The translations under genes were made by a program, and so were the position numbers. Below, in pieces: positions 12,454 to 20,851 of a stretch of DNA of 64,000 nucleotides (positions within the stretch are counted from its first letter, which is position 1; each line of letters starts with the position of its first letter). This DNA comes from Phoronis australis (Eukaryota > Animalia > Phoronida). The DNA lies in assembly GCA_002633005.1 (NCBI GenBank), contig NMRA01000150.1:30071-94070 (forward strand). The letters are read 5' to 3'. The notes beneath the pieces were generated by a model. The model searched no databases and had not been told where the DNA came from. It saw only the letters and a program-made list of their open reading frames with translations.

Positions 12454-12967
12454 CACAGGCGTCCTCAGCTTCTGATCGTCCCCAATACACTACATAATAC
12501 TACAAGGTATGACACTTCGGACTTGAAATTCCACGGGTGCTTCACTTCAGCCGTCTATAGCAAACATAAAACTCAATAAATTTGCACAAAACAGGGGTTC
12601 AACAAACCATGAAGAATTGTTCTTTCTCCCAATACCATTCACGGTGTCCTGTTACGGCGACTTCGTAAGAAATTCGCGGTCAAAGAACAAAAATGTTCAC
12701 AAAAAGCCCCCACACACGTTCTCCCTAGGCCCGTCGAGGTCAAGGACGGTACGGAAATTGCCGCTTGGTCGCGTAAAGTCACGATGTCGCTACTTCCGTA
12801 ACTTCTTCATGGTTTGCTGAACCCCTGTTTTGTGCAAATTTATTGAGTTTTATGTTTGCTATGGACGGCTGAAGTGAAGCACCCGTGGAATTTCAAGTCC
12901 GAAGTGTCATACCTTGTAGTATTATATGTAGTGTATTGGGGACGATCAGAAGCTGAGGACGCCTGTG
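12454..12967. mobile_element. Intact 514-bp foldback MITE, ~165-bp near-perfect TIRs, 8-bp TSD
   Basis: CACAGGCGTCCTCAGCTTCTGATCGTCCCCAATACAC... mirrored at 12803-12967. TSD GAATGAGC at 12446-12453 and 12968-12975. Confidence 0.92.
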
Positions 12968-13274
12968 GAATGAGCAGCATTATTACATCAATTTTATATC
13001 ACTGATTCTCACCCTCTCGTCATCTCATTGCATTGGATTACATTGGAGTTTCGTCGACGTATCGAATACTATTGTGGTCTTATTGAGCCTGAGGATGGAG
13101 GCTTATCCGACATCTATGGAGTAGTGCACTAGTGACTGTGGCGCTAGTCTAACATTAACAAGTGTTGTGACCATAGCATGGCATAGGCTAGCCAGAAGCG
13201 TGTTCAACAGAGTGAGTGCCTGCTAGCGTACTCACGAATACAAGAAACAGCTCCTGAACAAAAGCTATGAGCGC

Positions 13275-13509
13275 TTGCTGTACGTGCGGTCTAGTACCGA
13301 TGAGCTTAACAGTCCAACTCCTTCCTATGGCGTACTGAGTGATGACTATGATGAATCTTTGCCAATATTAATATCAGCAGCCCAAGACAACAACCGTGAA
13401 GGCCTTGGAACGACAAGAATCGAAAATTACGTTGAGGAAACAGTTCCTCGCTACCGCGACCCGCAATTTAAGTCGCACTAGCTTTCGGATGAGTCGGTCA
13501 ACTTTTGAG
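13275..13509 (+). pseudogene. PIF/Harbinger transposase (HARBI1-like nuclease) N-terminal fragment
   Basis: IENYVEETVPRYRDPQFKSH, a 4-bp insertion (TAGC), then FRMSRSTFE|gttag. F..HFRMSR.TF is the characteristic Harbinger N-terminal helix motif. No DDE core seen downstream. Confidence 0.65.
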
Positions 13510-14526
13510 GTTAGTTTTCGTGTTGCAGAACCATAATGGGTTGATATGTTGCAGACGTGAAGCCTTCGCCGGACGCCATCTTGGAAATCTAAGCGAACAT
13601 GCTCTCAAGGTCGTTTGCGAACGCTCGAGAGCGCTAACGTAAACACAGCTGTTCAGGACAAAGGCACTCAAATCTCTCAAGTGCGCTCACTCTATTGAAC
13701 ACGCTTCAGGCATATAGCCGAGAGCACTTAGCATAGCTGAACGAGGTACCAACATCTGACCACGGGAGCATTTAGAGTTCACCTCAGTATGCCCAGAAAT
13801 GGACGTCTGCCGTTGAGCTGCACTCTGGGTATGACCCCTGGGCGCCTTACAAAGGGCCCAAAAATGAGCTCGTCTAGATATTCGAGGTACAGTCCAAAAC
13901 TGATTTAAAATGAACGATATTGCAGCACTGAACACCGAATGACCCATAACAGACAAATTGCACTCTGGAATGGGTCCGGCAGAAACCAAAAAGGACCCCC
14001 AAAAATGAGCTAGCACATACATTTGAGGTACCACAAAAAACCAACTCCATGTGATTCAATACATGTCACAGATAACTAAAACCCCCGGGACAGACAAAAT
14101 ACACTCTGGTTTTTTCCCGTCAGAAACCCCCAAAAATCTCAACCACAGTATGCCATCAAAAATTTGAGCTAGACTAGATTTTCGAGATACTGGCCAAAAC
14201 TGATTTTAAACGAACGACAATACCGCACTGAACACTGAATGACCCATGACACGCAAGTTGCACTCTGGAATGGGTCAGGCGGAAACCAAAAAAGGCCACC
14301 TCAAAAATGAGCTAGCACATACATTCGAAGTACTACAAAAACAATTCCATGTGATTCAATACATGTCACAGATCACTAAATGGCACATGACAGACAAATT
14401 ACACTCTGGATTGTGCTTGGCAGAAACCCCCAAAATCTCAACCACGGTATGCCATCAAAAATTTTAGCTAAACTAGATTTTCGAGGTACCGGCCAAAACT
14501 GAATTAAAACAAACAATAGTACCGCA

Positions 14527-14709
14527 TGTTGAGTATATAATCTAGCTAGCAGGCACCATATGTTAGTAATCATGTAGAACTTATGTAAGTCTTAATTGCG
14601 CATGCTCACTGTAGCCACATGTACTATAACCACGTGTTTTAGTCAATCGAATATAGTTAGTGATTCTGTACACACGTATTTTTTGTATTCCACGATGTCC
14701 CTCTCAACA
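14527..14709 (+). repeat. Copia 5' LTR
   Basis: TGTTGAGTATATAATC...GTCCCTCTCAACA, matching 18663-18845. Confidence 0.97.
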
Positions 14710-17700
14710 GGTTATGGGCCCAGCGCCAGGAGCCGACTCTTATTCGACGGCAAACAGGAAAGTTTCCGGATATGGGATACAAGGTTCACTAACTATCTGT
14801 ACACACTAGATAAAGATGTGTACAACACTCTCATGGCGACCCCGGAGGCGCCAACTGGCAGCGATCTGATCAGCTGCAATCGCCGAGCGTATGCGGAACT
14901 TGTACAGGTACTCGACGAGAGAAGCCTGCAGCTTATTATGACAGACGCTGATGGTGACGGCAAGAAAGCGTACGGGATACTGAGAAACTATTACGATAGC
15001 ACGGAAAAACCCCGCGTCCTAACACTCTACGAAGAACTGACAACCATACGTTTGAACGATGGCGAGGATGTGACTGATTATATTATCAGGGCAGAGCGAG
15101 CGTGTGCCGGATTGAGAACCGCTGGCGAAAACATCACGGACAATTTAGTAATCGCTATGTTGTTAAAAGGCCTGCCTGAGTCCTACAAATCATTCATCGT
15201 TGTGCATACACAAATGGATAAGTGCAAGAGTCTGAGCGAATTCAAAACGGCACTGAGCAATTACGCCAGTACGGAAGCTGCTCGACAACCGACAGCACAG
15301 AGCCAGTCTTGTGCAATGACCGCCCGTGGAAAACCGAGAAAACCAAAGTGCGTAGCGTGCGGAAAATTGGGACACGAAACGAAAGACTGTTGGGGTAAGT
15401 CAGAATTACACTGCAACTTTTGTAAAAAATCTGGCAGCCACACTGAGAGCGAATGCTTTGCCAAGAAACGCCTGTCACGTTCGAGAAAACCGAACACTTC
15501 AGCACGCATGGCCTTGGGCACAGACCACGGAGAGACTGGAGGCAATTCGGACTTCGGTTTCGTCACACGCGCGTACAATTCAGTGGAGAAACAAACTCAC
15601 ACTGGTAAATTGCTTGTTGATGGTGGTGCATCATCCCACATCATTAACGACCCTGGATTATTTGTGTCTTACGATAACACGTTTAAACCGCAGGAACATT
15701 TCATCGAGTTAGCAGACGGGCGCCGCAGTAATCAGCTGGCTACTGCGAGAGGAAATGCTAAATTAACTATATCAGACGCTCAAGGCATACCGCGAAATGT
15801 CACATTACACAACGCATTGCTGGCTCCTGTTTTCCCAATGTGTTTATTTTCTGTTAGTGCGGCGACTGATCATGGTGGCACTGTTACGTTTGCTAAAGGG
15901 AAAGCCACGTTAACCCAGGGTGGTACGACGTTCAATATAGCTCGACGCGGAAAATTGTATTACCTACCAACGCAAACGGACATCACGCAAACGTATGTAA
16001 CGCGTTCGTTAGAAGAATGGCATCACGTCTTGGGACACATGAACTATGACGACATATTAAATCTGGAGAAGGTTTGCGATGGAATGACCGTAGTGAAGCG
16101 GCAAAGGCGAAGCTGCACGACGTGCGACTTGAACAAGATTACGAAACAGCCGATCAACAGGGACATACCCGTGACACATGCGAAACGACCGCTCGAGAGG
16201 GTACACACCGATGTGTGCGGCCCCATTACCCCGAACTCGCGGGAAGGATATAAGTACATTATCAATTTTGTGGATGAATATTCGAGTGCATTGTTTGTGT
16301 ACTTCCTGAGATCGAAAGACGAAGCTCACATCGCCCTGAAAAGCTTCATCTCGGACACAGCGCCGTACGGCAAAATTCTGGAAATACATAGTGACAACGG
16401 TGGCGAATATGTGGGCGAATCTTTTCGCTCCGTACTACGCAACAATGGCATCAAACATTCTACAACTGCTCCCTACAGCAGTTTCCAGAACGGGAAAAGT
16501 GAACGCTCGTGGCGTTTGATTATGGAAATGGCGAGATGCCTACTCGTAGAGGCACCTGTCGATAAAATGTATTGGCCATATGCGGTGAAATACGCTCAGT
16601 ATCTGCGGAACAGAAGCTTCCAGCGTCGCACCGGAAAAACAGCCTATGAACTATTCTGCGACAAGAAACCGGACATGAGACAAATGCATCATTTTGGATC
16701 GACCTGTGTTATTTTGAACGAACGTTCCAAGAGTAAGCTGGATAATCGCGGGAAACTTGGGACATATCTTGGAATTAACCCGCTGAACAATGCGCACTAT
16801 GTTCTGGACTCTGAGAGTGGGCGTGTACTTACATCACGCAACATTAGAATGCAGACAGAGTACACTTTTGATGGTGAAGATAGCGAGCACGTGTTGCAGA
16901 AACCCGAGAACACCGAGGTCAAAGTTGAACCATCGAATGATAACTCGCAACCGCCAGAAACGCCAGTGGAGACTAGACCGAAGCGCGAAACACGCCCTCC
17001 GACGTACTTGAGCGATTACCACGTGTATACGAGTATCGATTACGTGTACGCGGTGATGAACATTCCGACCACATACGACGAAGCAATTAACGCACCCGAT
17101 GCTGTTAAATGGAAACAAGCTATGGATAGAGAGATCGAGTCACTAAAATCAAATGACACGTACGAAATTGTTCCCCTGCCCGAGGATCGCGCCGAGACCA
17201 AAGGCAAATGGGTTTATACGATTAAACAGGGCAAGAACCCTGAAGATGACGTCCAGCACAAAGCTAGGTACGTGGCGAAAGGATTTTCACAGATACCCGG
17301 AGTAGACTATGATGAAACGTTTTCGCCAACGTCAAGATTTACGTCGTTGCGAATGCTTCTTCAGAAAGCAGCGAACGAGAAAATGATGATACACCAAATG
17401 GATGTCAAGGGTGCATACCTGAACGCCCCAATTGACAAGGAGATATTTGTAGCACAGCCATCTGGTTACGAACAATCGTCAACAGACGGCAGGCGACTGA
17501 CATGGAGACTGAATAAATCACTTTACGGCCTTAAACAGTCTGGCCGATTGTGGTATGGAACATTAACAAGTTTCCTACAGGAGTTGGGTTTCACACAGAG
17601 TAAAAATGACCCCTGCATGTTCAGTCGTGACACAGCGACCCTAATGTTTTGGGTGGATGATATCGTGGTCGCAAGCAGCTGTGAATCGGAAATAACGGAC

Positions 17701-18588
17701 ATTAAATCACAGCTCAGTGAAAGATTCAGGATGGATGACCGCGGCGAACTCAAATGGTTCCTGGGCATCGACTTCAAACGCGCTCCAGACGGCTGCTACA
17801 CTGCAAATCAGGAACGTTATGTCAGAGCAGTACTTGACCGTTTTGGCATGACCGAATGCAAACCCGTAGCAACACCGATTGACCCCGCAGTGAAACTGAC
17901 ACCAGTAACTGGAGATACCGAGGACCACGGATACCCTTACAGACAGGCCGTGGGGAGCCTCGTTTATTTAAGTTGTGCGACCAGACCAGACATCAGCTGG
18001 TCATTATCGATGTTGTCACAATTTCTGAACAAACCCGGACATACACACATAGTGGCATTGAAACGTGTATTGCGTTATCTACAAGGGACAAAATCGTACG
18101 GACTAACGTTTAGACCATCGAATTCTCCGATCACTGGTTACACCGATTCCGACTGGGCGGGCGACGCGAGTGACCGGAAGTCAACCTCCGGGTACGTGTT
18201 CGGTGTACCTGGATCTGCGCCAGTTTCGTGGAAGAGCCGGAAACAACCGACAGTAGCACTCTCCTCATGCGAGGCTGAGTACATGGCTTTAACCGAGGCC
18301 ACAAAGGAGATGTTATATCTCCGGTCACTGACAAATGACTTGGGACTCCCGCTACCGGAAATGTCAGTGATCTATTCCGATAACCAGGGCGCGATTGCAC
18401 TTACAAAGGAATCCGCTAAGCAACATCAAAGGACCAAGCACATTGATGTCCGTTATCACTTCGTGAGAGAACAAGAAAACATTCTGTTCGAGTATACTCC
18501 ATCTGGGGACAACCATGCGGACATTCTTACTAAGGGACTGGGAAAGACTGCTCATTTACAGGGTGCAACGAACCTGGGACTTTTGTGA
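14695..18588 (+). CDS. Copia gag-pol polyprotein (~1297 aa from the ATG at 14695)
   Basis: Single open frame: gag, two CCHC-like knuckles (CVACGKLGHETKDC; CNFCKKSGSHTESEC), protease LVDGGASSH, HHCC (WHHVLGH..CTTC), integrase D-D-E (HTD, HSDNGGEY, KSER), RT (QMDVKGAYL, LYGLKQSG, WVDD), RNase H (YTDSDW, EAEY, SDNQ, ADILTK). PR-IN-RT-RH order defines Copia. Confidence 0.97.
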   Translation: MSLSTGYGPSARSRLLFDGKQESFRIWDTRFTNYLYTLDKDVYNTLMATPEAPTGSDLISCNRRAYAELVQVLDERSLQLIMTDADGDGKKAYGILRNYYDSTEKPRVLTLYEELTTIRLNDGEDVTDYIIRAERACAGLRTAGENITDNLVIAMLLKGLPESYKSFIVVHTQMDKCKSLSEFKTALSNYASTEAARQPTAQSQSCAMTARGKPRKPKCVACGKLGHETKDCWGKSELHCNFCKKSGSHTESECFAKKRLSRSRKPNTSARMALGTDHGETGGNSDFGFVTRAYNSVEKQTHTGKLLVDGGASSHIINDPGLFVSYDNTFKPQEHFIELADGRRSNQLATARGNAKLTISDAQGIPRNVTLHNALLAPVFPMCLFSVSAATDHGGTVTFAKGKATLTQGGTTFNIARRGKLYYLPTQTDITQTYVTRSLEEWHHVLGHMNYDDILNLEKVCDGMTVVKRQRRSCTTCDLNKITKQPINRDIPVTHAKRPLERVHTDVCGPITPNSREGYKYIINFVDEYSSALFVYFLRSKDEAHIALKSFISDTAPYGKILEIHSDNGGEYVGESFRSVLRNNGIKHSTTAPYSSFQNGKSERSWRLIMEMARCLLVEAPVDKMYWPYAVKYAQYLRNRSFQRRTGKTAYELFCDKKPDMRQMHHFGSTCVILNERSKSKLDNRGKLGTYLGINPLNNAHYVLDSESGRVLTSRNIRMQTEYTFDGEDSEHVLQKPENTEVKVEPSNDNSQPPETPVETRPKRETRPPTYLSDYHVYTSIDYVYAVMNIPTTYDEAINAPDAVKWKQAMDREIESLKSNDTYEIVPLPEDRAETKGKWVYTIKQGKNPEDDVQHKARYVAKGFSQIPGVDYDETFSPTSRFTSLRMLLQKAANEKMMIHQMDVKGAYLNAPIDKEIFVAQPSGYEQSSTDGRRLTWRLNKSLYGLKQSGRLWYGTLTSFLQELGFTQSKNDPCMFSRDTATLMFWVDDIVVASSCESEITDIKSQLSERFRMDDRGELKWFLGIDFKRAPDGCYTANQERYVRAVLDRFGMTECKPVATPIDPAVKLTPVTGDTEDHGYPYRQAVGSLVYLSCATRPDISWSLSMLSQFLNKPGHTHIVALKRVLRYLQGTKSYGLTFRPSNSPITGYTDSDWAGDASDRKSTSGYVFGVPGSAPVSWKSRKQPTVALSSCEAEYMALTEATKEMLYLRSLTNDLGLPLPEMSVIYSDNQGAIALTKESAKQHQRTKHIDVRYHFVREQENILFEYTPSGDNHADILTKGLGKTAHLQGATNLGLL
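14710..14723 (+). promoter_or_regulatory. Copia primer binding site (internal/half initiator tRNA-Met type)
   Basis: GGTTATGGGCCCAG directly after the LTR-terminal CA, the PBS type known from Drosophila copia. Confidence 0.85.
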
Positions 18589-18662
18589 TAAGTTTTTTGT
18601 TCATTGTGCGTTGCAACCCCTGGGCCTTTTTGTGTGTGGGCCTGCTCCCGATTAAGGGGGGG

Positions 18663-18845
18663 TGTTGAGTATATAATCTAGCTAGCAGGCACCATATGTT
18701 AGTAATCATGTAGAACTTATGTAAGTCTTAATTGCGCATGCTCACTGTAGCCACATGTACTATAACCACGTGTTTTAGTCAATCGAATATAGTTAGTGAT
18801 TCTGTACACACGTATTTTTTGTATTCCACGATGTCCCTCTCAACA
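18663..18845 (+). repeat. Copia 3' LTR
   Basis: Identical by eye to the 5' LTR; preceded by a polypurine tract. Confidence 0.97.
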
Positions 18846-19855
18846 CCGCACTGAACATTGAATGACCCATGACAGACAAATTACATTCTGGAATGGGTCC
18901 GGCAGAAACCAAAAAAGGACCCCCCAAAAATGAGCTAGCACATACATTCGAGGTATCAAACAAAACCAATTCCATGAGATTCAATGCATGCCCTATGACA
19001 GACAAAATACACTCTGGATTGTGCCTGGCAGAAACCTTCAAAAATCTCAACATCTCAACCACAGTATGCCATCGAAACTTTGAACTACATTAGATACCCG
19101 TGATACCGGCTAAAACTGACTTAAAACCAATAATCGTGGCGCACCAGATGACCCATGACAGACAACAAATTGTGCTCTGGAAATCGTTTGCCAGACACTC
19201 AATTACACCTTAAAAGGTCATCATTCGGGGTACCACAGTAAACAATTCCATGTCATTCAAATAGATGTTAATGGTTATCAAAATGCCCTATGACAGTTAA
19301 AACCCACTGTGGGTTGTCCTTGCCAGCCCAAGAAACCTCAACCATGTAATTTTGAAAATATATGACATTAGATAATGAGTTTATACTTTTACGTCTACTG
19401 AGCTGAGTGAGCTCTCCCTGGCTGGTTGTCAAATTGATGATGGCCGAGAGTCAGCATTTTGGAAAGCACCTGATAACAGTAAAACTTTGGTATACCAGGA
19501 ACTGTCTAAAGCCAACTTATTAAGTGAAGTTGAAGAACGCAGGTAGTGTAATATAAAAAGCTACTGCCAGCAGAAAAGATATGTAAGCGACCACACATGG
19601 CCCTTGAATTTGCGCTAGATCGAGGAACCACTAAAATTATTTCCAAAGGCCCTTTCATTCCATTGACTCCTAAACAATACATTGAAAGAAAAGCAACATG
19701 CGTATTTTTAAAAACCTTTAATCAAAATAAACTACAGTACGTGAAATAGTCAGAACAACACTTTCAAACATCAACCCATCAACTTATAACAGTATAGTAA
19801 CAGACAATTAAAATCACTGTATAAACGAGAACATCAAGCTACTAGATGTTTAATG

Positions 19856-20846
19856 TCAACAGTAGTTTCCTGTTGTTTTAATACGTTTCAATATCAGATT
19901 CGTCACTGCTACCCCAGCTTGATTCGGGCTGGTTTGTTTCGTCATGACCCATATTTCCTGTACCTCTTGATCGGCTTGATTTTCAAAAAGGACATCAGGA
20001 ACGGCAGATCCACAAAACCATACGGGAGTGTAGTATTCATCTTGTATCTTCCAACCGTAGGTTGTTTCTCGGATCGGCAGAATCCGCTTGGCCCCAGAGC
20101 AAGGCAACATAATGGGCTCGTTCAAGCTTGTTCAACAGTGTCTTTCGGCAAGGAGGAGGCAATGAGCAGTCAATCTTCTTGATGTTAGACATCGGCTTTT
20201 CCTGAAATAAATAGTGAGAAGATTTTATTGACGAAGGACCAATTGTCTAACAGCTGACGAACAAAAACATAGAACCTCACTACCATTTACTGTTTTTTTA
20301 AGTATGAAGTGAAACTGAGCCTTTTGGTTTAATACTATGAAAATACTTGAAATTATTTTTGTTGCTTTTATGAACTATATTTTATCAATTACAGTTATTG
20401 CCTTGTTTATTTTTCCAGTCATTTCGATTAATTTCAGACATCTTGCATCTTTGACTCCTCCATTCATTCCATATAGGAGGCATGTGAATTCTTCCTTCTA
20501 ATTTTCTTTCGTCTGGGAGATCTACGCTTATTTACTCTGAAAAGAAGCTGATAAGTGTCCCAGATGAGGATTTCCAGAGGCCTGACTTTCCCTTTCCTAT
20601 ACAGTGCTTTTGTGACATCACATCCTGTCATGGCATGCAGACCAGGCGTGCGTTCAGTAACGCTAGAACCTATGCTAGGACCTGGCTAAAATCTAGTTTT
20701 AGTCACGTGTTCTCACTTAAAATACACGGAAATATCTCGCGTAATCTCGCGAAGTCTTGCTTTTTAGCGAGGTCCAAGCGTTACTGAACGGGAGGCAGGC
20801 AATGCTGCAGCGAGACCATGTTGCTCAAATCTGAACAATAGCAGTG
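19856..20846 (-). pseudogene. Academ XPG-domain ORF remnant, C-terminal part (frameshifted, with a probable 200-bp intron at 20202-20401)
   Basis: AAL[P]GLHAMTGCDVTKALYRKGKVR (H3TH-like GCD motif, interrupted by the mini-element), EEFTCLLYG..VKDAR..GKINK | EKPMSNIKKIDCSLPPPCRKTLLNKLERAHYVALLW, then YGWKIQDEYYTPVWFCGSAVP. Confidence 0.75.
20643..20799 (-). mobile_element. 157-bp mini-element, copy 2 (CAGG...CAGG)
   Basis: Reverse copy of the 8319 and 52445 elements. Removing it plus one CAGG restores the Academ codons TTG CCT GGT CTG CAT. Confidence 0.9.
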
Positions 20847-20851
20847 ACGTC

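Larger units (their letters stand above)
14527..18845 (+). mobile_element. Full-length Ty1/Copia LTR retrotransposon (4319 bp)
   Basis: TG...CA LTRs at 14527-14709 and 18663-18845 (183 bp, identical by eye). 5-bp TSD CCGCA (14522-14526, 18846-18850). PBS GGTTATGGGCCCAG at 14710; PPT AAGGGGGGG just before the 3' LTR. Confidence 0.98.
13715..19350 (+). repeat. Left TIR of the Academ element: ~300-bp tandem subrepeats (units near 13866, 14166, 14466, 19082), interrupted by Copia
   Basis: Recurrent AGCT..CTAGAT.TTCGAG..AC.G.CCAAAACTGA at 300-bp spacing. Each unit has two related halves (GACAGACAAA.T.CACTCTGG...AGAAACC). Confidence 0.8.

Noticed and set aside
14596-14694. N-terminal 33 aa of the 1330-aa ORF in the ORF track
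   Set aside because: Starts at TTG in the middle of the LTR; the plausible initiator is the ATG at 14695.
15190-18555. Numerous short antisense or alternate-frame ORFs over the Copia
   Set aside because: Shadow ORFs of a long GC-balanced coding frame; no independent motifs.
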